Source: Hydrurus foetidus
Lineage: Eukaryota
Reading direction: 5' to 3'
Length of the DNA stretch: 64,000 nucleotides
Assembly: GCA_900617105.1 (NCBI GenBank)
Contig: UYFQ01000001.1
Coordinates: 3,162,001 to 3,226,000 of the forward strand
The notes below the pieces were generated by a model, which saw nothing but the letters and a program-made list of their open reading frames with translations, was not told where the DNA came from and searched no databases. Positions 28,835 to 38,169 of this stretch are shown here, one piece after another; within the stretch, counting starts at the first letter, position 1, and each line of letters opens with the position of its first letter. The position numbers and the translations under genes are program-made.

Positions 28835-28886
28835 CGCTATTTATTCAATAGCTGCTCGCGCCCATAGATACTGGCGAATCGGCCTA
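28835..28886 (+). repeat. Dispersed repeat, copy 11
   Basis: CGCTATTTATTCAATAGCTGCTCGCGCCCATAGATACTGGCGAATCGGCCTA. Confidence 0.8.
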
Positions 28887-29068
28887 AATGACCTTCATTT
28901 CAACCGAAACTGGTAACCACCACTTGGCATACCGGTAGCGGCGTAAGGTGACAAAAATGTCCGCTCAACGCGCCTACAAGAACAAAAAAGTAAATGAATA
29001 ACGGCCAATGCAAGGTGCCGCACCTCTGATTAGCCTAATCCGTCACGGAAATCAAAGATTGGACAAGC

Positions 29069-29084
29069 TGGCACGATGCCTGCT
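29069..29084 (+). promoter_or_regulatory. Sigma-54 promoter of pilin 1
   Basis: TGGCACGATGCCTGCT, GG-N10-GC. Confidence 0.75.
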
Positions 29085-29137
29085 GTACTAAGCGGGTCAG
29101 TAGTATTTATTTGTGTTTTTAATCCAAGGAGTTTTAA

Positions 29138-29710
29138 ATGAAGCGTTCTATTCAAAAGGGTTTTACCCTAATCGAGTTAATGATTGTTGTGGCGATTATT
29201 GGTATTTTGGCTGCGGTGGCATTGCCTGCTTATCAGGATTACACCGTACGTGCACGTGTAACGGAAGGTTTGACACTTGCTGGCGCGGCGAAGCTGGCAG
29301 TGGCTGAGAATGGCGCTGGTGGCCAGGCGTTTGGTGCAGGGTATGCAGGGGTAACCGCTGCTACCAGAAGTGTTACTCAAAATACGACTTTACCCGCTAC
29401 GATTGCCACGCTGAATGTTGATACTACTGGCATAGCTATCAACCAAGCCACCGGCGCGATTGCGATTAACTATGCGGCAAACGTGCAACCGGCTGCTACT
29501 TCGCGTTTGGTACTAGTGCCAACGTCAGCGCCAGCTGCCGGAACTGCAATCGCTCTTGCGGGAACCGCAACAGAATCTACGCCTCCAGCTGGCGCGATTC
29601 GTTGGGATTGCTACGCAGCAGGTATTGCTACCCGCAGTGGTGTTGCTTTGCCAGCCGCGCCTTTTGCAGCGACTCTTCCAGTTCGCTTCGTACCATCAGA
29701 GTGCCGTTAA
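29138..29710 (+). CDS. pilA: Type IVa major pilin
   Basis: [30 protein letters not shown]-terminal Cys pair. Confidence 0.95.
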   Translation: MKRSIQKGFTLIELMIVVAIIGILAAVALPAYQDYTVRARVTEGLTLAGAAKLAVAENGAGGQAFGAGYAGVTAATRSVTQNTTLPATIATLNVDTTGIAINQATGAIAINYAANVQPAATSRLVLVPTSAPAAGTAIALAGTATESTPPAGAIRWDCYAAGIATRSGVALPAAPFAATLPVRFVPSECR

Positions 29711-29727
29711 TAGTTCTTATAGAAATC

Positions 29728-29755
29728 AAAAAGAGCGCTTAGGCGCTTTTTTTTT
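29728..29755 (+). terminator. Intrinsic terminator after pilin 1
   Basis: AAAAAGAGCGC-TTAG-GCGCTTTTTTTTT. Confidence 0.8.
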
Positions 29756-29769
29756 GCCAATAATTCAGC

Positions 29770-30540
29770 ATGACCGCATTATCTCTACGCCTTCGCGCCG
29801 CTTCAAGAGCTGCTGGCATTCATTTTCTCTTGAGTCTGCTGGTGGCATCGCTGGCAGCTGCACTTGTGTTTTTGCTTTGGTATCCATACCCTTACCGCGA
29901 ATTCGCTGGCGGGCGTGAGCTGTTTTTACTGGTTGTAGCCGTTGATGTCATTTGTGGCCCGCTACTGACATTGATTTTGTTCAACCCGGCTAAAAAACGC
30001 ATTGAGTTGTGCCGTGATCTTTTACTAGTGTGCTTGATACAGCTTGCAGCCCTGGCTTACGGGTTGCACGCAGTGTGGTTAGCACGACCGCTGTATTTGG
30101 TTCATGAAGTTGATCGATTTAAAGTGATTTCTGCGCCCGATGTTGAAAGCACTGCACTTGAAGCGTTAGCTCAACAACTCCAGCCGCAACTTTTGCGTGG
30201 CCCTTTGAGGGTTGGCATTCGTGAGCCCTTTGATGCTGTTGAGCGCGAAAAAATCATGTTTGAATCTGTTCACGGCGGTCGCGACTACGCCGAGCGCCCT
30301 GATTTTTACTTGCCCTACGAAGGCGCCACAGCTAAAAAGTCGCTTTTGCGTGCAAAACCTCTAGGTCAGTTTTTGCGAAAGTATCCAGACCAGATGCCTG
30401 CGGCGCAAAAGCTTGCCGGCGGTGCAAAGGCCGAAATTCAGTCACTCAAATATTTGCCGGTGATGGCAAGGCAAGATTGGATTGCAATTTTGAACACCGA
30501 TGGAAGCGTGATCGGCTTTTTGAAAGGCGATGGATTCTGA
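29770..30540 (+). CDS. tfpZ: TfpX/TfpZ (FimB-like) pilin accessory protein
   Basis: WYPYPY..FAGG, VDVICGPLLT, IQLAALAYG; immediately after the pilin. Confidence 0.85.
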   Translation: MTALSLRLRAASRAAGIHFLLSLLVASLAAALVFLLWYPYPYREFAGGRELFLLVVAVDVICGPLLTLILFNPAKKRIELCRDLLLVCLIQLAALAYGLHAVWLARPLYLVHEVDRFKVISAPDVESTALEALAQQLQPQLLRGPLRVGIREPFDAVEREKIMFESVHGGRDYAERPDFYLPYEGATAKKSLLRAKPLGQFLRKYPDQMPAAQKLAGGAKAEIQSLKYLPVMARQDWIAILNTDGSVIGFLKGDGF

Positions 30541-30686
30541 ATGAAGAACTAGATGGCTTTCCATTTCTTCGAACAGTTGCTGATCAGAACGACAAAATTG
30601 AAAAATCACTCGTTAAAAAACGTCATATTTCTAGAACTTCGGTAATCAGTTACGTAATATTTCTTGATGGTTTTACTTGTTAAAGG

Positions 30687-30702
30687 TGGCATGGAATGTG
30701 CT
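30687..30702 (+). promoter_or_regulatory. Sigma-54 promoter of pilin 2
   Basis: TGGCATGGAATGTGCT, GG-N10-GC. Confidence 0.6.
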
Positions 30703-30731
30703 GCGCTTTCGTAGGTAATTAAGGATCGTAA

Positions 30732-31298
30732 ATGTACCCAAATCAAAATAAAACAAAGGGCCTCACACTAATTGAACTGATAGTTGTGGTCGCTATCGTT
30801 GGAATTTTGGCGGCGGTGGCTCTGCCTGCATATCAAGATTACACAATACGGGCTCGCGTAACAGAAGGTCTAACATTGGCAGCCGCCGCAAAAATCAGTG
30901 TTGGCGAGAACGCGGCAGGTGGGCTGCCATTTGGTGCCGGATATCAAGGCCTACCCGCACCCACTCGTAGCGTTTTGGCAAATGCCCCAGCAGTTGCCCC
31001 TGCGACTGATGTGGCCGATTTAAACGCAGCCACCGCAGGTATCGGAATATCACAAGTCAACGGCCAAATATCGATTTTTTACGGCGCTAACGTTCAGGCA
31101 CTTGGCAGCAACAGGTTAGCGCTGGTACCGACAGCAGGCGGTGCAGCCTTGATAGGAACTGCTACTGCTAGTACCCCGCCCATTGGCGTCGTGCGTTGGG
31201 ACTGTTATGGCGCAGGCGTGTCAGCTCGCGATTCAAGTGTTGCTCCGGCCATCGCACCTAACTTGCCGGCTAGATTTTTACCAGCTGAATGTCGATGA
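30732..31298 (+). CDS. pilA: Second type IVa pilin (paralog, Leu at +1)
   Basis: [29 protein letters not shown]; similar to pilin 1 along its length (RWDCY...PAECR). Confidence 0.9.
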   Translation: MYPNQNKTKGLTLIELIVVVAIVGILAAVALPAYQDYTIRARVTEGLTLAAAAKISVGENAAGGLPFGAGYQGLPAPTRSVLANAPAVAPATDVADLNAATAGIGISQVNGQISIFYGANVQALGSNRLALVPTAGGAALIGTATASTPPIGVVRWDCYGAGVSARDSSVAPAIAPNLPARFLPAECR

Positions 31299-31350
31299 AG
31301 CCTAAGGGGTAACTGGAGTCTGACCGAGGTAAGCAAGGTTCTACTGACAT

Positions 31351-31590
31351 TTCGAAACTGGACAGTCCAGACGGTTTGGCAATATTCAAAGCGTTGCGGA
31401 ACGAAACTTGACGCTACTGGCAGCTGCTGTAATGCTGGAGTTTTTGAAGTCGCCGCCCGGCAACCACCTTGAGCAGTTAAAACGGGACCGCGACGGACAG
31501 TACAGCATTCGAATCAACCAGTAGTGGCGAATTTGCTCAGTGTTGGGTGCTGACGGGCCAAGTGATGTTGACATTGTTGACTATCACTAA
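31351..31590 (+). pseudogene. higB: HigB (plasmid-maintenance killer) toxin pseudogene
   Basis: SPPGNHLEQLKRDRDGQYSIRINQ*WRIC...VDIVDYH; TAG at 31522-31524 and missing start. Confidence 0.85.
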
Positions 31591-31601
31591 CTTTTCATAG
31601 C

Positions 31602-31919
31602 ATGAAGAAAACTGTGATTAAAAACGGCATGCAGCCGATTCATCCCGGCGAAGTTTTGCGAGAGGACTATTTGAAGCCGCTCGAGCTGAGCGTCAATGCG
31701 CTTTCGAAGGCGCTGCACGTACCGGCGGGGCGCGTGAACGATATTGGGTTGGAGCGGCGCTGCGTCACTCCAGACACCGCGCTGCGTTTGGCGCCCTTTT
31801 TTGGGGGTGACGCGCAATCGTGGCTGAACTTACAGCAGATGTTCGATCTGTAAACCGCTCAGCTTGCAAAAGTCAAGCAGATAAACGCTGAAATTGAGCC
31901 TCTTGCGTTGGCCGCCTGA
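31602..31919 (+). pseudogene. higA: HigA antitoxin with a premature stop
   Basis: PIHPGEVLREDYL, TPDTALRLA..FG, WLNLQ..FDL* then in-frame TAQLAKVKQINAEIEPLALAA*. Confidence 0.75.
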
Positions 31920-31938
31920 GAAGATTGATTGAAGTCGC

Positions 31939-32013
31939 GCCCGCAAGGACAGGGTCGCCGTGCTCGACAAGCAGGGGCAGATTCAGGGGTTTTTGAGGGG
32001 CGATTGGGTTTAG
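31939..32013 (+). pseudogene. Displaced 3' remnant of a tfpZ homolog
   Basis: ARKDRVAVLDKQGQIQGFLRGD aligns ungapped with the TfpZ C-terminus ARQDWIAILNTDGSVIGFLKGD (11 of 22 identical). Confidence 0.75.
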
Positions 32014-32056
32014 GTGGCTCAGTAGCTCGATGCGCCAACGCGAATGACGCTGATTG

Positions 32057-32108
32057 CGCTCCTGCGTTAATAGCTGTTCTCGCCCGTATTTGTTGGGCTG
32101 CAGCTCTA
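32057..32108 (+). repeat. Dispersed repeat, copy 12
   Basis: CGCTCCTGCGTTAATAGCTGTTCTCGCCCGTATTTGTTGGGCTGCAGCTCTA. Confidence 0.78.
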
Positions 32109-32192
32109 TTAAGCTTGAAAAGCTTCAGCGACTAGCGCGCCGGTATAGCCGCAAACCAAGCGATCTGTTGGCCGCTGTGCACGAGCGCCGAT

Positions 32193-32524
32193 TTAAATTG
32201 GCAATGCCAGTTGCACGCGCAGCGCCAATTCCACCGCCAGAAGATCGGCTTTCGAAAGCACATCGATTTTGGATGTAAGACGTAATTTGTCGGCTGTCAT
32301 GATTTAATAGGCCATGGCTTTGCTGTCTTTGCCAGCGACTGATACTCGCGCTTCGCCGGGGTAAAGGCGTTCAGTATTGCTGGTAAGCGGCACCACGACA
32401 ACCCGGCTCAAGTTGCGATTGGCCGAGTTGTTGCTGACAATACTTCGGCGCCGGGTTTTGCGGATTTCGCAGCCCACTGCCGGGTCAAACCTAAGCCGTT
32501 ACACCACACGTCACCGCGCAGCAT
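32193..32524 (-). pseudogene. PemK/MazF toxin pseudogene
   Basis: MLRGDVW (frameshift) FDPAVGCEIRKTR..IVSNN..N..LSRVVVVPLTS...KAMAY*IMTADK. Confidence 0.85.
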
Positions 32525-32741
32525 TGGCGCTGTCAGCAATCAAGCCATTGATCCACTCTGACGCTTCTGCTTCGCGCTGGGTGTCATTGCGCATTGCGCG
32601 GTAGCCGTCGTCCATTGACGCGTCCAGCACGTGCGGGCGCGCCAGCGATTCCAGAAACTGACTCACCTTGCCGCGGCCAACAACGCGCATCAGCCTGTCG
32701 TAAACGGTTTCGTCTAGCGTGATCGTCATTCTTTTTTGCAT
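32511..32741 (-). CDS. RHH-type antitoxin of the MazF pseudogene
   Basis: MQKRMTITLDETVY...KVSQFLE; overlaps the toxin start. Confidence 0.75.
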   Translation of the reverse strand: MQKRMTITLDETVYDRLMRVVGRGKVSQFLESLARPHVLDASMDDGYRAMRNDTQREAEASEWINGLIADSANAAR

Positions 32742-32871
32742 GCTTGCCGTTGATTTGTGTGCACCGCGCATTGTGCATGAAATAGTGAAAACCGCATGTT
32801 TCCATCGCAAACCACAGAGTTTGGGGCGGCTGGCGGTTAGTAAATTGTGCTGGTTTGACTGTCGCGCCGCT

Positions 32872-33303
32872 TTAATTCAGCAGCGTCGCCGCGAATGTTT
32901 GTGGTGCCATTACGCGCTGCTGTAGCGGCCCGGCTTGTAGCAGCAATTTGTCGCCGGTGACCAGAATCAAGTCGTCACGACTGCTAAGTAAGTCCCACAA
33001 AAACTGATCGCCAGGGTCCGGCGCTGTTGGAGTGGTTTGCAGGGGTGGCACTGGCAAGACGATGGCGTGCCGAACGAGGTCGGTCAGAACCACATCGACT
33101 TCTGACTCTTCAAGCCGATGCAGCTTCAAGAGTTTTGGCCGCAGCAGCACCTGGCGATATTCTGCAAGAAGGCTGGCAGACAAGGCAGAGCGAAAGCTGG
33201 CGCGTAGCATGCCATCCAGAATTCGAACTATGGGGGAGTCAGCTTGTCTGGTGATCAGCCCGGCAACCACCACATTGGTGTCGATGATAAAAACCGGGCT
33301 CAC
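32872..33303 (-). CDS. PIN-domain putative toxin
   Basis: IIDTNVVVAG, APDPGDQFL, LVTGDKLL. Confidence 0.87.
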   Translation of the reverse strand: MSPVFIIDTNVVVAGLITRQADSPIVRILDGMLRASFRSALSASLLAEYRQVLLRPKLLKLHRLEESEVDVVLTDLVRHAIVLPVPPLQTTPTAPDPGDQFLWDLLSSRDDLILVTGDKLLLQAGPLQQRVMAPQTFAATLLN

Positions 33304-33539
33304 TGTGCGCGGCGTACTTTTTGTGTTTCGCCAAGCGCCAGTTCCAGGGCCTGCTGCTCATCAAGTCTGCTGGAGCCGCGAGCCCGGTTAACGAGCTCGG
33401 CGGCTTCATTGCGCGACTTGACACCGTAAAAATCCAGGCTTTCGTCAATCAGCTGTCCGATGGTTTGGCCCCGCAGTGCAGCGGTTTCTTTGAGTGCGCG
33501 GTGGCGTGGCTCAGAAAGCGTAATGGTGAGGCGAGTCAT
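33300..33539 (-). CDS. CopG/RHH-family antitoxin-like protein
   Basis: MTRLTITLSEPRHRALKETAA..TIGQLIDESL; GTGA overlap with the PIN gene. Confidence 0.78.
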   Translation of the reverse strand: MTRLTITLSEPRHRALKETAALRGQTIGQLIDESLDFYGVKSRNEAAELVNRARGSSRLDEQQALELALGETQKVRRAQ

Positions 33540-33691
33540 AAAGCGGCAGTCATTCAAAATATTAGTGCTTAGGTGATTATGCACCAATGTGCGTACGCAC
33601 CAGATGTTCGGCCTGAAGACTAGCCGGCGTGCAAATTCAAGCAAATCAACGGCGAAAAATGTAATCTGCAAGCGGCGACAATCTCGTCTCA

Positions 33692-35221
33692 ATGCCGTAC
33701 CTGCACACTCTTCTCGCGTTTTTGCCTCTTTGCCTTCCTTGGCTTAACCCATTCGCCCCCGGCCCGTCGCCTGTGGTTGGGCCTTGGCTTTTTTCTATGG
33801 CGGCCTTCGCTGGAGTTTTGCTGCTTTTGGCATTGCGCAGCAGCGCGCGGCTTGTGTCGCCCACCGTAGCACGCGTCGAATCGTCTCGCGCGATGGCCTG
33901 GTCTTTGCTAACGGCTGGCCTCATAAGCTGCGTATTGGCGCTGCTGCAATATTTTAATGTTGAAGCCTTGTTTGCCCCGTGGGTCAACGCCACTGAGCAG
34001 GGTCAGGCGTTTGCCAACTTGCGCCAGCGCAATCAGTTTGCATCTTTAACCAACCTTGCCTTGGCGGTGCTGTTGGTGTCGGCGATGCAGACTACTAGCG
34101 GTAAGCCTGGCAGGGCGTTGACTTGTGCGGCGTTGGCTGGCGCCGCGCTGCTGGCTGTGGGCAACGCGGCCTCTGCGTCTCGCACGGGCGCGGTTCAAAT
34201 TATTTTGCTGGCTGCGTTGTTTGGGCTGTGGGGTGGTTGGCGTCATCCACGGGTGCGTTTGATATTGTTTTGCGCTGTGGGGGTTTATGCGGCCGCCGCT
34301 GTTGCGCTGCCATTTGCAGCGGGGCTTGACTGGTCTGCGCACGGTTTGTTTGCGCGTTTGCAGGCAGGTGATTTGCCCTGCGCCAGCCGCATCACGTTGT
34401 GGGCAAACGTGCTGCATTTAATTGCGCAAAAGCCGTGGCTGGGTTGGGGCTGGGGTGAGCTGGACTACGCGCATTTCATCACGCTGTATGACGAGCCGCG
34501 GTTTTGCGATATTTTGGACAACGCACACAACTTGCCGCTGCATTTGGCGGTGGAGTTGGGCGTGCCGGCCGCGCTGATTATTTGCGGCGGCTTTGCGTGG
34601 TGGGTGATTCGTCGAAAGCCGTGGGCTGAAAGCGACCCTGCCTGCCGACTCGCTTGGGCTGTGATGGCGGTGATTTTGCTGCACAGCATGCTCGAGTACC
34701 CGCTTTGGTACGGGCCGTTTCAAATCGCGTTTGGCTGGTGTCTGTATACGCTGTGGCCTGAAAGCGCAAAAACACCCCAAAACGCCTCAAAATCAGCATC
34801 AAATAGCCTTATAGCCCAATTAATACGGGCGCCAGCAGCTATTATATTAATAGCAGTTTTAGGCTACGCCGCGTGGGACTACCACCGCATCAGCCAGATT
34901 TACCTGCAGCCCGAGCAGCGCGATTCGGCTTACCAGTCTGACACGCTGCTGAAGATTCGCAGCTCGTGGTTGTTTGCTGACCAGGTTCGGTTTTCAGAGC
35001 TGCTGCTGACGCCCCTCACGCCTGCCAACGCGGCCTGGGTACTAGATACCGCCGAGCGAATGCTGCACTATTCGCCCGAGCCGCGCGTCGCTGAAAAAGC
35101 AATTGAAAGCGCGGTGATGTTGGGCCGCGACGATGAGGCAATCGCTTACCTGGCGGCGTATCGCGCAGCTTTTCCGGTTGAGCATGCGCGCTGGGCTAAA
35201 GGCAATGCAAAAGTCCCCTGA
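33692..35221 (+). CDS. pglL: PglL-type O-oligosaccharyltransferase (Wzy_C family)
   Basis: AFANLRQRNQFA, SRTG, PWLGWGWG, DNAHNLPLHLAVELG, HSMLEYPLWY. Confidence 0.88.
   Translation: MPYLHTLLAFLPLCLPWLNPFAPGPSPVVGPWLFSMAAFAGVLLLLALRSSARLVSPTVARVESSRAMAWSLLTAGLISCVLALLQYFNVEALFAPWVNATEQGQAFANLRQRNQFASLTNLALAVLLVSAMQTTSGKPGRALTCAALAGAALLAVGNAASASRTGAVQIILLAALFGLWGGWRHPRVRLILFCAVGVYAAAAVALPFAAGLDWSAHGLFARLQAGDLPCASRITLWANVLHLIAQKPWLGWGWGELDYAHFITLYDEPRFCDILDNAHNLPLHLAVELGVPAALIICGGFAWWVIRRKPWAESDPACRLAWAVMAVILLHSMLEYPLWYGPFQIAFGWCLYTLWPESAKTPQNASKSASNSLIAQLIRAPAAIILIAVLGYAAWDYHRISQIYLQPEQRDSAYQSDTLLKIRSSWLFADQVRFSELLLTPLTPANAAWVLDTAERMLHYSPEPRVAEKAIESAVMLGRDDEAIAYLAAYRAAFPVEHARWAKGNAKVP
34792..34855 (-). 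repeat. Dispersed repeat, copy 13, in frame inside pglL
   Basis: TAGCCCAATTAATACGGGCGCCAGCAGCTATTATATTAATAGCA encodes AQLIRAPAAIILIA. Confidence 0.9.
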
Positions 35222-35254
35222 CGTTTGCCCCCTCGTCACCCATTAGCTGTCTCG

Positions 35255-35569
35255 CTACCCTTCAAAGGCGAACTGCCTGATGTCGCGCGCGTGATGCAAC
35301 ACGCGAATCACGGTCAGGTGCTCTTTTTCTGCCAGATAAAAAAGAACGTAAGCAGTTGAGGTGGGCCAGCTCCTAAGGCCAATGGCCAATTCTGGGCGGG
35401 CTCTCCCCATCAACGGCTGCAGCAACAAGGTTGTGATTTCGCTGTCAATCTTGTCGAGAAGCTTGTCTGCAGCTGCCAGGTTTTCTTCAGCTAGAAAAAG
35501 CCAAGCTTCGAGTAAATCAGACTCTGCATTCTTTGTAAATTGAGCCTTCAGCAGGGCTGCCCGACTCAT
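35255..35569 (-). CDS. ParE-family toxin
   Basis: AESDLLEAW, PLMGRARPEL, IRVLHHARDI. Confidence 0.88.
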   Translation of the reverse strand: MSRAALLKAQFTKNAESDLLEAWLFLAEENLAAADKLLDKIDSEITTLLLQPLMGRARPELAIGLRSWPTSTAYVLFYLAEKEHLTVIRVLHHARDIRQFAFEG

Positions 35570-35849
35570 TTTTCAAATTTTTCTGACCTGCAACAGTGCG
35601 AACAGCGCGGCCCTTGGTCTTGATCGCCGCCATATCTCCGGGGGCAGTTCGCCCCAACTTCGCGTCTTCAAGTCCGCGTGCAATGTCGGACTTCAGCGCT
35701 GCCAGGCTGGCAGTTTGCACACTTTGGTAAGTCTCAAAAAAGCGCAACGCTTCTCGCACAACCTCGCTGGCCGAGCCGTACATGCCAGAAGATACCTGCT
35801 CACGCACCCGATTTTCAAGCGCTGCTGGAAGTGAAATGTTTAACGACAT
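35517..35849 (-). CDS. ParD-family (CC2985-like) antitoxin
   Basis: LNISLP...VSSGMYGSASEVVREALR. Confidence 0.88.
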   Translation of the reverse strand: MSLNISLPAALENRVREQVSSGMYGSASEVVREALRFFETYQSVQTASLAALKSDIARGLEDAKLGRTAPGDMAAIKTKGRAVRTVAGQKNLKNESGSPAEGSIYKECRV

Positions 35850-35971
35850 GCTTACAACCTCGTTTGAATGTCAAAGATTGCGATTTTATGGCGTTTTGTG
35901 TGCCGTGCGAAAACCGGGCACCGCGTGGGTTTCTCAGGGCACTTGGTTTAAAACCCCCCATGCAGGCGATG

Positions 35972-36457
35972 TCAATGGTTCGTAAAACTACCCGACTTGC
36001 CGCCATGCTTTTCCAGCACCCGCACGTCAGTCATGGTCATGCCGCGGTCAACTGCTTTGCACATGTCGTAAATGGTCAGCAGTGCAATTTGCACGGCGGT
36101 CAGGGCTTCCATTTCTACGCCGGTGGGGCCTACGGTTTCCACCACGGCGGTGCAGGCAATGCTGCTGTTTGCCTCGTCTGCCGTGAAGTCAACGTTCACA
36201 TGGGTCAGCGCCAGCGGGTGGCACAGGGGAATCAAGTCGCTGGTTTTTTTGGCTGCCATGATGCCCGCTACCCGCGCTATGCCCAGCACGTCGCCCTTTT
36301 TGGCGTTACCCGCCAAAATGAGCGCCAGTGTGGCGGGCAGCATCACAATGCGGCCGTGGGCTGTTGCGCTGCGGTGCGTGGCTGCTTTGCCCGCCACATC
36401 CACCATATGCGCCTGGCCTTGGGCGTTAAAGTGGGTGAGTTGCGTTGTTTCTTTCAT
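35972..36457 (-). CDS. moaC: Cyclic pyranopterin monophosphate synthase
   Basis: [37 protein letters not shown]. Confidence 0.98.
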   Translation of the reverse strand: MKETTQLTHFNAQGQAHMVDVAGKAATHRSATAHGRIVMLPATLALILAGNAKKGDVLGIARVAGIMAAKKTSDLIPLCHPLALTHVNVDFTADEANSSIACTAVVETVGPTGVEMEALTAVQIALLTIYDMCKAVDRGMTMTDVRVLEKHGGKSGSFTNH

Positions 36458-36564
36458 GTTCTGCTAGTGCCCTGTACGTCAAATTGTCAAATAGTTACAA
36501 AACCTTTACTGCGATTCGTCATCATATGAGCTTCAAAACGCCAAGGTGATCCGATTTGATTTCA

Positions 36565-38169
36565 ATGATTCGTTTTAAAAAGCTGCTAATCGTGGCGACG
36601 CTTGCTGCCAGCCCCACGGCATTTACGCAAAGCACGCCCGCGCCGGCTGCACCGCGCTCCACAGGCACCCTGCCCACGCTGGGCGACAGCTCCGAGCTGT
36701 CTGCCGCAGCTGAGCGGCGCATTGGCGACCGCATTGCCGCCAGCATTTACCGCGACCCGGACTTTATTGACGACGCGATTTTGAGCGACTACGTGCAAAG
36801 CATTTGGCAGCCGCTGCTGGCGTCAGCCCGATCGAGGGGCGACTTGAGCTCAGAGATTAACGAGCGCTTTGCTTGGGAAGCGTTTTTGATTCGTGACCGC
36901 TCTGTAAACGCATTTGCGCTGCCGGGTGGCTATTTTGGCGTGCATTTGGGCTTGATTGGCACCGTTAGCAGCGCTGACGAGTTGGCGGCCGTGCTGGGCC
37001 ATGAGATCAGCCACGTCACGCAGCGGCATATTTCAAGGCTGATTACTCAACAGTCTCGTTCGGCCCCGTGGATGATTGGCGCGATGATTTTGGGCGCGCT
37101 GGCGGCCAGTAAAAATCCGCAAGTAGCCAATGCCTTGATGACTGGCGGGCAAGCCGTGGCCGCACAATCGCAGCTGAATTTTTCGCGCGACATGGAGCGC
37201 GAGGCGGACCGCGTGGGTTACGGCATCATGACCAGCGGCGGATTTGACCCGCGCGGCATGGCCACCATGTTTGAAAAGCTGCAGCAGGCATCGCGTTTAA
37301 ATGACAGCGGCGGCTTTCCGTACCTGCGCTCGCACCCGCTGACGACTGAGCGGCTGGGCGATGCGCAGGCGCGCTTTCAATTGAACACGCCGGCACTTGA
37401 CAAGCCCACTGCACCCAGCAACGACGCAAAGATAGTTCACGCCATGATGGCGGCCCGCGCCCGCGTGCTGGCCGAGCCGGGAGTAGACGCGTTGCGCTCA
37501 ACCGTGGGCGACGCACAGCGCGCGGGCAGCACGGCAAGCGAGAAAACCGCGGCGGCCTTGTACGGCGGCGCACTGGCGGCGGCCAAGTTGCGCGACTTCA
37601 AGCTGGCAGCATCTTTCGCGGCCCAGCTGGCTAGTTTGCTGGGCAGCTCGCCGGGTAGGGCCAGCGCCCCCCCTGAGTCAGGCATGGCGACCAAGCCCGG
37701 CTTGGCCCAGTCGGCGACGCAGTTGGCGCTTGAAGTCGAGCTGATGGCAGGTAACGTGCCACCGGGCGCGGCGCAGTTTGACCTTAGCAAAACCGCGCAA
37801 GCCAAGCAGCGCGCAGACTTGCTGCTGCAGTCGCGCGCCATGCTGGCCGCTGGCCGCGCCGCTGATGTTTCTGGTGCGCTGCTGGGCTGGGTCAATTCAC
37901 GGCCAAAAGACGTGGGCGCGTGGCTGCTGCTGGCGCAGGCTTATGGCCAGCAGGGGAAAGACGTGCGCGCCATTTGGGCTGACGCTGAAGCGCGGGTGGT
38001 GCAGTTTGACTACACCGCCGCGCTTGACCGCCTGAAAGCCGCGCAAGCCAAAATGCGCAGCAACCCAGCCAGCGGCGACTTTATGGACGGCTCGATTGTG
38101 GACACCCGAGCTCGACAGGTCGAGCTACTTGTTCGGGAGCAAGCGCTCCAGGACAAACTCGATCGCTAG
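36565..38169 (+). CDS. M48 metalloprotease, BepA/YfgC-like
   Basis: Signal peptide, VNAFALPGG, HEISH, FSRDMEREAD, YLRSHP. Confidence 0.9.
   Translation: MIRFKKLLIVATLAASPTAFTQSTPAPAAPRSTGTLPTLGDSSELSAAAERRIGDRIAASIYRDPDFIDDAILSDYVQSIWQPLLASARSRGDLSSEINERFAWEAFLIRDRSVNAFALPGGYFGVHLGLIGTVSSADELAAVLGHEISHVTQRHISRLITQQSRSAPWMIGAMILGALAASKNPQVANALMTGGQAVAAQSQLNFSRDMEREADRVGYGIMTSGGFDPRGMATMFEKLQQASRLNDSGGFPYLRSHPLTTERLGDAQARFQLNTPALDKPTAPSNDAKIVHAMMAARARVLAEPGVDALRSTVGDAQRAGSTASEKTAAALYGGALAAAKLRDFKLAASFAAQLASLLGSSPGRASAPPESGMATKPGLAQSATQLALEVELMAGNVPPGAAQFDLSKTAQAKQRADLLLQSRAMLAAGRAADVSGALLGWVNSRPKDVGAWLLLAQAYGQQGKDVRAIWADAEARVVQFDYTAALDRLKAAQAKMRSNPASGDFMDGSIVDTRARQVELLVREQALQDKLDR

Noticed and set aside
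35517..35569. 53 bp overlap of ParD and ParE as a recoding signal
   Set aside because: More simply a lost stop or small indel in an A/T run; no supporting structure seen.
35678..36529. 283 aa ORF on the plus strand (likewise 44677..45597, 60585..61316, 23626..24279 and similar)
   Set aside because: Antisense shadows of well-supported genes in GC-rich DNA, with no recognisable motifs.
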